Shown: positions 33,813-43,600 of the stretch, piece after piece
Layout: every line of letters starts with the position of its first letter
Position numbering within the stretch: position 1 is the stretch's first letter
DNA from: a virus
IMG/VR virus record: IMGVR_UViG_3300025769_010106
Location: 32,001 to 96,000 of that record
DNA length: 64,000 nucleotides
Strand: one strand, 5' to 3'
Position numbers and translations under genes: made by a program
The notes under the pieces: model-generated
Seen by the model: the letters and a program-made list of their open reading frames with translations, nothing else
What the model was told of the DNA's origin: nothing
Databases searched by the model: none

Positions 33813-34760
33813 TTAAGATTCTGTGTTAACTGTTGTTGCCCAGCTGGGTGTGCCCCAGCTTGCACTAATATATGTTGTAGCTGATGCTTGGTAACTGAAT
33901 GTTGTTGTCTTGCTACCATTTACTTGGTCAAGTACGTTATAAATGTTCTTGTTGTATGATGTTTGGTCCGCTGCATCATCCTTCCAAGTGCTGGTTAGTG
34001 TCATTACAGTTGAACTACCTGCTGCGGCATTCAGTGAAGCTTGTAGCTGAATATAGTTAGCTGTGTAGGGTGAGGTATCTGCAAGTTGTTTAAACATTGT
34101 TGATGTGCCTGTGGTCAAGTCCCAGAAACCTGCGTTTGTTAGATTAGTTGATGGACTACCACTACCACCACTTTTACCACTAGTGGTATTGTAGATGTAA
34201 TATGTTCCGCACTTAGAGTTTGCTAAATCAACCCACTCGTTGTACTTGGCGTCGGCAGTACCACCAGAAATGTTCCAACTTACATAAACGCGGCCGCCTG
34301 CGTTGAAGAAGTAACGCATAGCATTTGCACTCGCAAATGTAAGTGTATTGGTTTGTGTAATTGTGTTTGTAAATGTTCCGCTTACTACTGCGGTATCTGT
34401 AACTGCTGTGGCATAACCAGGTGCTGGAGTGACTACAGCAATCTGTGCTGCATCAAGTGTACCAATGTCAGCTGATAGTGTTGCGAGTGCACTAATTGTA
34501 TCACCGGTAGTTGGGTTAGTTACTGTATCAATAGTAATGCTACCGTCCTGACCGTACTGATCACTAAGTAGACGTATTTTGTTTAACAGGTCTGCCCACT
34601 CCGCGGCCGCAACGTTATCGCCTGCGGACCTTGAGCTTGGTGACACAGCAGTTTGACCAAGTCCTCTATTTCCCGTTCCGGTACTCCATAAATTGTTTAC
34701 ACTTGCTACAAAACCGTTGTAGTGTGAAGCTTCAATTGTACCCCCAGTTGTATATGCCAT
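33813..34760 (-). CDS. Thr/Ser/Gly-rich virion structural protein (tail/baseplate associated)
   Basis: MAYTTG start, RYFFNAGG motif, composition and position. Confidence 0.65.
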   Translation of the reverse strand: MAYTTGGTIEASHYNGFVASVNNLWSTGTGNRGLGQTAVSPSSRSAGDNVAAAEWADLLNKIRLLSDQYGQDGSITIDTVTNPTTGDTISALATLSADIGTLDAAQIAVVTPAPGYATAVTDTAVVSGTFTNTITQTNTLTFASANAMRYFFNAGGRVYVSWNISGGTADAKYNEWVDLANSKCGTYYIYNTTSGKSGGSGSPSTNLTNAGFWDLTTGTSTMFKQLADTSPYTANYIQLQASLNAAAGSSTVMTLTSTWKDDAADQTSYNKNIYNVLDQVNGSKTTTFSYQASATTYISASWGTPSWATTVNTES

Positions 34761-34775
34761 GTTTTGTTCTTCCTA

Positions 34776-36242
34776 TTAGTTAATTGTTACGAAGGCTTCA
34801 ACTGTACCTTCACCTTCAGTAGTTTTGGATTCGATAGCACGGCCAATTACGTTAAAGCTGGTTGCTTCGCCTGGTTGTGCTGCTCTTGCAAGACCGTTGC
34901 CTGCACTAACAAGTCTCTCACCTTTATTTACCATTCCTAGTACTTTAACTGGTACACGACCGGTTACAGCAACTGGTAGGCCATCTGCTAGTCCAGCGTT
35001 CATTAGGTAAGCTGGCTTATCAGAGATAACACCAAATACCTGATCGCTTGCTTCTTCATTTACACGAGTAATTTCTTCTGCACCACCTAGTGCAACAACT
35101 GTGCCTGGCGCGTACTGTGCGTCTGCTGCGAAGTTTTCTGCAACGTCAGCGTATTGTGCCACTGTTGCTGTACCGTTGAATGTTGTTGCATAAATTGTAG
35201 CAAATTTAGCACCTGATGAACCAAAGTCACGTGTATTATTTCCATCTGGTAATATAACACCTGTAATAGTATTACCACCGTCTCTAGCAAGAAGTGGTGA
35301 TGATGCGTCACTTGTAAGGTTATCAACATACTGCTTTGTAGCAACACCTAGTAGAGTAGTTGGATCGCCAGCAACTACTAGTCTTGATGTTGCACCATCA
35401 ACTGTAAGTGCGGTTGTAGTAACACCACCATCATTTACTTTGAAAATAATATCGCCGTCGCTGGTTACGTTTGAAACTGTAACATCGCTACCGCTAACGC
35501 CAACTGTAAAGTCACTGTCAACACCAACTACGATACCTGTATCGTTGAGGATGCTGAGAACGCCGCTTGTGCTATCACTGGCATCAGCACGTAGATAGTT
35601 AGCTGAAGCTACGCCGCCTAGTGCGTCTGCGTCTGTTGCGGTGCCGTGTAACTTAGCGCCACTAACTGTTGAACTTAATTGGATACCAGGGCTAATTGTA
35701 GCAAATCCTGAAAGCGCAGATTGTGGAGTAAATTGTGCGTCTTTACTTACTGTTCCTACTACTGAATTAGCAACATAAAGTTTAACTACGACATGGTCTG
35801 TAGCACCGCTATCTGTAACGGTTTCAACAATAGCACCTGAGGTACCTGATCCACTAGTAAATGCAGGACCAACTGTAGTAAATGAACTACCGTTGTAAAC
35901 TTTCAACTGTCCGTTGGTTGTATCCCACCAAAGATCACCAGTTACACTACCAGATGGTGTGCTAGCACTAGCTGTACTTGAACTTACTGTCTTAAATGCT
36001 GTACCAGTGTAAACCTTAAGAAGACTAGTGCTAGTATCCCACCACATTTGTCCTGCAAGCGGACTTGATGGTGCACTTGAGTTAGCAAAATTTTCAAGTA
36101 ACTTAACTGCATTTTCGTTCAAAAACTCGCCGTAACCAGCGTAGTTTTTACCAATCAGGGTAAGATCAGTGGTCGTGTCAATAGTACCATCTGAAATGGT
36201 TGTAAGCACTGCTCCTGATGTTTTATTAATTGTATAAGCCAT
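34776..36242 (-). CDS. Tail fibre/spike protein with a C-terminal peptidase G2-type intramolecular chaperone
   Basis: LIGKNYAGYGE..NEN..LLENFA N-terminus; ATKQYVD; QYADVAE...GVIS..PAYLMN...GRVPVKV. Confidence 0.75.
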   Translation of the reverse strand: MAYTINKTSGAVLTTISDGTIDTTTDLTLIGKNYAGYGEFLNENAVKLLENFANSSAPSSPLAGQMWWDTSTSLLKVYTGTAFKTVSSSTASASTPSGSVTGDLWWDTTNGQLKVYNGSSFTTVGPAFTSGSGTSGAIVETVTDSGATDHVVVKLYVANSVVGTVSKDAQFTPQSALSGFATISPGIQLSSTVSGAKLHGTATDADALGGVASANYLRADASDSTSGVLSILNDTGIVVGVDSDFTVGVSGSDVTVSNVTSDGDIIFKVNDGGVTTTALTVDGATSRLVVAGDPTTLLGVATKQYVDNLTSDASSPLLARDGGNTITGVILPDGNNTRDFGSSGAKFATIYATTFNGTATVAQYADVAENFAADAQYAPGTVVALGGAEEITRVNEEASDQVFGVISDKPAYLMNAGLADGLPVAVTGRVPVKVLGMVNKGERLVSAGNGLARAAQPGEATSFNVIGRAIESKTTEGEGTVEAFVTIN

Positions 36243-36269
36243 TCTAAGTTCTCCACAACTTTATAAGAT

Positions 36270-36277
36270 TATTTATC
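36270..36277 (-). promoter_or_regulatory. Late-promoter-like box GATAAATA
   Basis: Intergenic, 28 nt upstream of the fibre ATG. Confidence 0.55.
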
Positions 36278-36297
36278 TTAAACATAAAGTAATCATA

Positions 36298-36954
36298 TTA
36301 TATACTGCTCAAATTTGTCAGTGTTTGTATCCTTATCGTATAGTCAATTTGGATAAGTCTATTAAGAGATTTCTGTACTGGATGGAATACAACATGTGTA
36401 AGAAGTTTTCCTGTATTCACAGTACCTATCCAACTCTTTAGTCCAAGCTCGTCAAACGTATAAATTTCGTTAAAGTTGCTAGTATTGTCAAAAGATTGTT
36501 GTCCACTTGGTTCACCATAGTCTAATAAACAACTTACAACAATATCTGTGTAAATGTTACCACTAATATGATTAATAACTAGTCTATTTCTACCAATATC
36601 TGTATTTAAACTTGAGTTATTGTCTACAACTTTATAATATGTTTGGTTATATAAAGCTGCATTGGCACCACTTGAGTTTGCTGGCAAATAGGTAATAACA
36701 CCTGTTGGGTCAACACTTGTGCCGCCATTGCCAAATGCCATTTCGTGAATGAAACCTGTGGTCTTATTACTCAAACTAAGTGCTAATGCTTCACTCATAT
36801 TTTCATAGTGAATAGCATTGCGCTTGTTTACATAATCCTCACCAGATTCAGGATCGAAAATGCGAATGTGTCCTTCCATATGGACACCGCCCTTTTCCTT
36901 GAAGGGTGTTTGGGGCTCTTCTATTTTATTATCCATATCTTTCTCTTCACTCAT
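36298..36954 (-). CDS. Baseplate-associated structural protein
   Basis: GHIRIFD..KRNAIH, FGNGG, FDELGL, THVVFHPVQKS; located among tail genes. Confidence 0.65.
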   Translation of the reverse strand: MSEEKDMDNKIEEPQTPFKEKGGVHMEGHIRIFDPESGEDYVNKRNAIHYENMSEALALSLSNKTTGFIHEMAFGNGGTSVDPTGVITYLPANSSGANAALYNQTYYKVVDNNSSLNTDIGRNRLVINHISGNIYTDIVVSCLLDYGEPSGQQSFDNTSNFNEIYTFDELGLKSWIGTVNTGKLLTHVVFHPVQKSLNRLIQIDYTIRIQTLTNLSSI

Positions 36955-36960
36955 AGTATA

Positions 36961-39900
36961 TTATACCTTTAGTACACATTCAACAAGTTTTTCACCTGTG
37001 TCGTCATTTGTTTCAAGAGCAATACCAACACGCTCACCTTCTGCTGTCGCACTAGCAACACCGTCGTGATCCGCATAAACCGCTTGACCCTTTACCACTG
37101 AACCTACTACTCTCACAGGAACACGACCTACCAGTGCGACAGCAACGCCGTTTTCTAAATCGCTATTCATTAGATAGGCTGGCGCAGTACTTATTACACC
37201 TACAGGTATGCTGTCTTGTCTACAATATGTTACTTCTGCACCACCACCCACTGTCATTACTGTACCAAATGGATATTCTGCATCTGGTAGATAACGTTCT
37301 GCCAAGTCAGCGTATTGTGCGCTTGATGCTACACCATCGAATGATGTTGCTGTTACTGTGCCAGTATTATCAATGCTCATACGTACTGTGCCGCTAGCGT
37401 GTGTTGCACTGCCAGTAGCAAACTCATATCCTGTTACTGTGTCAAAACGGAACTCTTCAGATGTACTTGCGCCCTGACCCATAACTGTGAGGCCAGTACC
37501 ATTACTTGCGATGAAATCTATCAGTGCCTTTTCTGTAGCAGTAGTTCCGCTTGCTTGAACGCCTATTGCAATCTTAGAAGCACTGTCTGGATTGACTTGT
37601 AATTTTCTACTTGGGTTGGCACTAGTAAGTGAACCGGATCCAACCATAACATTACCTGTGCCTTTGGTGCTCAAACCAAGACTTATATTTGTGTCACTAC
37701 CTTCAACGCCAAACTGGACAACAGGATTAGCTGCGGTAACTGCGCCTCTAACAGCACCGTAGTTTACGGAGCTTGCCAGACCATAAACCCTAAACGTCTC
37801 ACCAGCCCCTGCTGCGCCGCCTAAATACACGTCACCGCCCACAACTCGAAGGGAATTGATGCCGTTTGAGGTGCCGATAACCTCGCCAGACCCCTTGCTC
37901 TTTATCTGCGTGTTTACATTCGTGTCCGTGTCGCTTTCCGCCGACAACACCACGGCATTGCCTGTCTGCCCGCCGGTGGCCCGCAGCCAGTTCGCCGTAG
38001 TCCCGCCAATCGTATAGGCGTCAAATTGCTTCTGGCCGTTTGCAATTAGTTCGACATAAGTACCACCGCCACCATTACTTACAAGACTTAAATTACCGCT
38101 AGTGTCTGCTGTGGCGTAACCACGAACAGTTCCGCTATCAACCCACCTAAGTTGATTTGTTGAAGCAATACGAATATTACCACCGACAACGTCTAATATA
38201 TCTCCGGGATTTGTCGTCCCAATACCGACGTTGCCGCTGCTGGTGACTGCAAGATCGGGTGCACCAGACGCGGCTGCTCCACCCCACAGCCCTGCAACAT
38301 AGTTTGTTCCGTCGCTATACCCACCGACAGCACCGAAATAAGACGCGCCGCTGTTAGACCTAAAGTCCATAGCAACGCCGCTACCAGCAACGCTAGGGTT
38401 CTGATTACCTGCGTCCAACAGGGCAATATTGTTGATTGTTCCGTTGGAGGTGTTTTCGTAAACATGCAGGTTTGTAGCGACGCTGCTTGTCCCAATACCG
38501 ACATTGCTGTTTAGTTCAATAGCACCACTGCCTGCTGTATCAAGTGTTAAATTCTGGTTTGTGTTTACTGTGCTTATTGCACTACCACGAATGTGTAAAC
38601 TTGGACTATCTGTATCACCTATCTCTAGTGCTTCTGCTTGTAGTGTTGCAAGATTAAAGAAAGCATCACTAGTATCAATATTATTTGTTACTGGTTCAAC
38701 ATTATATGTTCTAAATAATTTGAACTTACCATCAGTTGCATCACGAATAAGACCTGCATGCTGCAAGTTTACGCCGTCGTAATAGTGTCCAATAAATCCA
38801 ATATCTAGTAAATCACTAGAGTCATTGTTACGAGCAAGTTTGATCAAGCTATCTTCAACATCTAGATCTGTTGTATTAACAGTAGTTGTTGTACCATTAA
38901 CTGTTAGGTTTCCGCTTACAACTAAGTGATTCCCTACAGTTAAATCGTTAGTAACAATAGCTTGACTTGAAGTAAGTGTATCAGTAACTGTTAGATCATT
39001 ACTAATAGTTACATCATTTGGTAGTCCAATAGTAATTTTGTTTGCGGTTACCGCAGTCTCAATTTCATTTGCAGTACCTTCAAAGTCAATGGTATCGCCT
39101 GTTTCAACTGTATCGTTTGATCCACTGTCTGCTTGTAGTGTAAAGATTGTTGTGCCAGCCGATAAGGCATTATCAACATAGTTCTTAGTTGCTGCGTCTT
39201 GTGCACTAACAGGATCTGTAACACCTTGTACTCTGTTAGTACCCATTTGTACGGTTTGACTGCCTGCAATAGTTAAGCCATTAAGTGTACCAACACTTGT
39301 AATGTTTGTCTGTGCAGCGGTAGTGAGTGTACCTGCAACGTTAGTTGCTGTAACAGTATCTACAAATGCAGTTGACCATTCATTGCCACTTGCACCTAAA
39401 GTGTAGGTACTATCAGCATTGGGTTCTAAGTTACCATCTATTTTCACTGAACCTGTACCGCCAGGTGCTAGGATCAAGTCTGCGTTTGTGCTTGTATTTT
39501 CAATAGTGTTTGCAGCACTGTTAATTTTAATGTTTCCAAACTCTGGTGAACTGGCAAGTGCAATGTTTACATCATCTGCGTTTTGTGTAAGAACTATATT
39601 ACTATCGCCGGTAATACTTCTAAATCTAAGTTCGACGCCGGCTTTTTCTTTGAATAGGCCTACGCTATTTGCTACTGCTTGGTTAGCAGCACGGTTTGCT
39701 TCACCGCCTGCTGCGCCTGGCGCTTCTGCTGGTTGCCAGCCACTACCTGTCCAGGTTAGAACATAGTTTAAAACTGGACCTCCGTTATAATCCACATCAC
39801 TAACATCAGCTAATGATGCGACGGCAATGCGGGCATCCGCTCTAGCATTTGTGTAGTATAGGTTTGTTCCGCCTTCTGGTAGTACATCAGTGTCAACCTG

Positions 39901-40569
39901 ACCCGCGCCTGTACCGAAGTCAATTAGTGTATCGTCAATTCCGTCCACTTTTAGTACTACTGCACCTGATGTAACTGTAAAGTGATCTGAACTAAAACTT
40001 GCAACACCTTTATTACTATCGCTGGCATCTTCTGCGCTTATGGTTAATGTGTCTCCACTCTGTGCAGTATCAATACCTTCGCCGCCTGTTACAGTTAGTG
40101 TATCACCTAGATCAATAGCAGTGCTTCCACTGTCGCCTGTGACTGTGATTGTGCTGTTTGTAATACTTGAATTAGGAATACTTGCAAGGGCAATAACGCC
40201 AGTACCAGCAGTGTAAGTAACGCCAGTTGCTGATGTAGCACTAATATGTGCACGTACTTCACTAGCACTTGGACCTACATATGTAATAACACCGGTTGTG
40301 CTATTATAACTTAGACTACCATCACCGCCACTATCAGTAACACTAATGCTAGCTCTTGCACGAGCATCAGTGTAAAAAAGATTTGTTCCTTCAGTTACAT
40401 TTGTTGTAGTTAATGTAAGAGCGTTTGAAGAATTAGGACTTACGCCATTAATAGTCTTAACATACGTTGTTTCAACTGTGTTAAGTCGCGTGTTTAGATC
40501 GGTAAAGTTACCGTCCATTTCAGTAAATGTCAATGGTGTAGATTTACTACTTCTAAGAGTGATTGCCAT
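36961..40569 (-). CDS. Long tail fibre (1202 aa) with a C-terminal peptidase G2-type chaperone
   Basis: PLTFTEMDGNF, EGTNLFYTDAR repeats, DAATKNYVD, NVGIGT repeats, QYADLAE...GRVPVRV. Confidence 0.8.
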   Translation of the reverse strand: MAITLRSSKSTPLTFTEMDGNFTDLNTRLNTVETTYVKTINGVSPNSSNALTLTTTNVTEGTNLFYTDARARASISVTDSGGDGSLSYNSTTGVITYVGPSASEVRAHISATSATGVTYTAGTGVIALASIPNSSITNSTITVTGDSGSTAIDLGDTLTVTGGEGIDTAQSGDTLTISAEDASDSNKGVASFSSDHFTVTSGAVVLKVDGIDDTLIDFGTGAGQVDTDVLPEGGTNLYYTNARADARIAVASLADVSDVDYNGGPVLNYVLTWTGSGWQPAEAPGAAGGEANRAANQAVANSVGLFKEKAGVELRFRSITGDSNIVLTQNADDVNIALASSPEFGNIKINSAANTIENTSTNADLILAPGGTGSVKIDGNLEPNADSTYTLGASGNEWSTAFVDTVTATNVAGTLTTAAQTNITSVGTLNGLTIAGSQTVQMGTNRVQGVTDPVSAQDAATKNYVDNALSAGTTIFTLQADSGSNDTVETGDTIDFEGTANEIETAVTANKITIGLPNDVTISNDLTVTDTLTSSQAIVTNDLTVGNHLVVSGNLTVNGTTTTVNTTDLDVEDSLIKLARNNDSSDLLDIGFIGHYYDGVNLQHAGLIRDATDGKFKLFRTYNVEPVTNNIDTSDAFFNLATLQAEALEIGDTDSPSLHIRGSAISTVNTNQNLTLDTAGSGAIELNSNVGIGTSSVATNLHVYENTSNGTINNIALLDAGNQNPSVAGSGVAMDFRSNSGASYFGAVGGYSDGTNYVAGLWGGAAASGAPDLAVTSSGNVGIGTTNPGDILDVVGGNIRIASTNQLRWVDSGTVRGYATADTSGNLSLVSNGGGGTYVELIANGQKQFDAYTIGGTTANWLRATGGQTGNAVVLSAESDTDTNVNTQIKSKGSGEVIGTSNGINSLRVVGGDVYLGGAAGAGETFRVYGLASSVNYGAVRGAVTAANPVVQFGVEGSDTNISLGLSTKGTGNVMVGSGSLTSANPSRKLQVNPDSASKIAIGVQASGTTATEKALIDFIASNGTGLTVMGQGASTSEEFRFDTVTGYEFATGSATHASGTVRMSIDNTGTVTATSFDGVASSAQYADLAERYLPDAEYPFGTVMTVGGGAEVTYCRQDSIPVGVISTAPAYLMNSDLENGVAVALVGRVPVRVVGSVVKGQAVYADHDGVASATAEGERVGIALETNDDTGEKLVECVLKV

Positions 40570-40589
40570 TTTTTACTAGTCCTCTGATA

Positions 40590-40597
40590 TATTTATA
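40590..40597 (-). promoter_or_regulatory. T4-like late promoter TATAAATA
   Basis: Exact T4 late consensus 21 nt upstream of the fibre ATG, followed by AGAGGA. Confidence 0.7.
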
Positions 40598-40604
40598 CAC
40601 TTTT

Positions 40605-43600
40605 TTATTCTCTGATTTCAACATAATCTTCTTCAACATAATCAGCAGCAACATATCGAGGACTATCTAGTTCACGTAAATAATTACCAACTGTAGCTTC
40701 TTTATCCTTAAGGAAGTTTGCGTTAATTGTAGAAGAGGATTGCAAACCTAAACCATTTGCTGCTGTTGTAGATCCTTGAGTATACCAAACTTTAGTATGG
40801 GTACTAGTGTCTGGTAATTCCTGTGCAAGACTACCATCAATTACAGGAGTCATCTTTCTGTGAATTGGGAAAAATGAAGTTCCACTAGTTCCTCGTCTAA
40901 AATTCGTTATATAATTGTCTTCATAACTTATTTCCCAATAAGTGACTCGTTCTGCACCTATATATACAACGCCAGGTTGTTTGTCATTTACCCTTGCCAA
41001 TGGCAACTTAGTTGCATCTTGTACATATATTTTAGTATCAGTTGGTAACAGATCCTTAGCAAGCTCTGTCCTGAAGTCCTTCGCAAGTCTTCTATATTCC
41101 CATTCACCTAACATATTATTCAAAATTCTGAAACCAACTGTTGGTTGAATAACATTTTCACTAAAGCTAGTAATTACTATTATACTATTAGATGTTACAC
41201 TCTGCCCAGATAGACTTACTTTATTATTACCAACAATTGTGTATTCACCAGCATGCAGTTTGACGCCATTGAGTGTTACCCACAGGTAGTTAGTGTTAGT
41301 AATATTCCTATCCATAGTGTATTCAAAAGTGCTTAGTCCAGATATAGCTGTTCCATCAAATCCCGAACTATCAAATATTACATCATCAAATCCTACTTCT
41401 GAACTAACAATTTCACTTCCTAGTCCTTCAAATACCTTGGTTTGAATTCTTAAAGGATTATGATTAGCAAAACTAGTAACATATAACTTATCCCCGTTAC
41501 TAAATGAAACAGTGTCATCCAAAGTGATTATATTACCATCAATTTGATAATCACCAGTTCGGACACTTACAATAACTGTATCTCCAGTACTGGGCGGATT
41601 GAAAAACTCAATAGTTCTAACACTGCTGCCATCTGATGGATTGACAAAATAGTCTATATTTGGTGTTTTATTGGTAACAGGATTAAGAGTGCTTCTATCG
41701 TCAGGACTTATAACAGTTACTCTAATATCACCATCTGCAAGTGTTGGCAATTCTCCCGCTGTAGTAGGTATACTATAAACTAAAGTACTACCATCAGCAA
41801 CATAATGTTTTGCATTACTTGGACGTAATCTTAAATTACCAAGTTCTACTACTACATTACCCTCAAATGGCTGAGTGTATTGTATTGTTTTTTCTAGATC
41901 ATATGTTTTTGTTCCGGATACCAATGTAATTTCCTGAGTATAAACCTCAGTCCATGCCTGTCTGCTTTCATCCTGATCATACATAAAGACATGTATATGA
42001 TCACTATTAGCAGGTACATCAGTAAACTGTAAAAGAACTTTGTTATCACTGTCATTAACAGTGTAATCAATACCCTTAACTAATCTTATACCATTTTTAA
42101 GTACAAGTTGTTGATCAGCATTGGCAATTGGTATACCGGAAACAAATCCTGCTGTGCTTCCGTCACCAATAAATGTCTCCTCGTGAGACATTTTTTCACC
42201 TGTAACACCAAATCCATAAATGTAAACTGCACTACCAGCAGCTGGAGTATTTTCTAGTGTTACTGTTCTATCAAAATAATCAAGGGTAAGATTGCGTTGT
42301 GGTGTAGCACCTACCCAAACTCTAATAAAATCCACATCTTCTTTTGCTTGACTGCTGGCAAAACTAAATGTTTTTGTTGATCCATCAGCAGAATAAACTT
42401 TACTAATAACCTCAAAGCTGCTGCCGTCATACTCGAAGTCATTACTAGGATCAGTATAAACTTCCATGTCAAGGGTATCAAAAATAATTCCTGGTATAAC
42501 CTCTTCTGGAGCATGACTATTATAGACATCAACAAACTTGCCACCGTCAATGTTTATATCTTCTGGGCGAGTTCCCAGAGCTAAATCCGCAAAGGTTCCT
42601 CTTATTATAGTATCTAATGAGCTTGTCCCACTTAAAACTGCAAGTCCGTCAGTATCAATGTCAAAATCATCATAGCCTATAGTATCAAAATTACCCTGAT
42701 CAAACCCAGGCTCTAAATCAAACCCAGCACCAGTTACTCTATTTCCAGTATAATCAGTACCTAGCTGTAGAAGATTAAGATCGTCACCTAGCATACCAGA
42801 TGTTGGTGCATAATAAGCTGCTATCCTGTCCGCATTAGAGGCTAATAACTCATCGCTGTATACTTCAAGTACTGTCGTTCCATTGGAAATTTCAGTACTA
42901 AATGTTGACCCGCTAGTAAATCCACCAGTAACAATACACTTATAAACTTCCTGCTCACCGCTAGTATTATTTTTATATGAGATAATATCTTCATAAGCAT
43001 ATGTTGTATTGGCAGTCCAGTCTTTTACTATAGAACTATAGGTAATTCTATCAAACTTAATGGTGACATCAAACTCTCTTGATGTTATATTTTCCATGCG
43101 TGGGGCTATAATACAACCCGTTCCTGCACCAGTAATAGTGATGGTTGGAGTTCTAGTATACCCACTACCGTTTTCTAGTAGGATAACTTCAATAATTTTA
43201 TCTGAATTTGTTCTTGCTCTCGCAGTTGCAGTAACACCGCCTGGAAGATCAGGTGCACTGATAGTTATAGAAGGATCAATAATATATCCAGTGCCCTGAT
43301 TAAGAATTACTAAACTACTAACTCTAAGACTATAATTGTCATTCCAAGGTTTATTAAGTCCTTGTTTTTGAAGTATCTCATCTCCGGAGTAATCGCCACT
43401 TGGTTTTCTAAAATATTGAAGCTTCTCATCATAAAAAGCATGAACATCAAAGTCTGTTATGTCACCACCAAAGGTATCTGTTCCATTGAATTTTGTAATA
43501 TATTCGCGAATCTTTGTCTTATAAGGTTTAACTTCGTTAATATATGATTCAATAAACTGACTATTATCGCTTTTATATGTAGGATACTGATTTAGATTTC

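Noticed and set aside
34776-40569. Diversity-generating retroelement or invertase acting on the fibre tips
   Set aside because: No reverse transcriptase or recombinase in the window and no adenine-specific template/variable repeat pair seen; the shared C-termini are divergent paralogues
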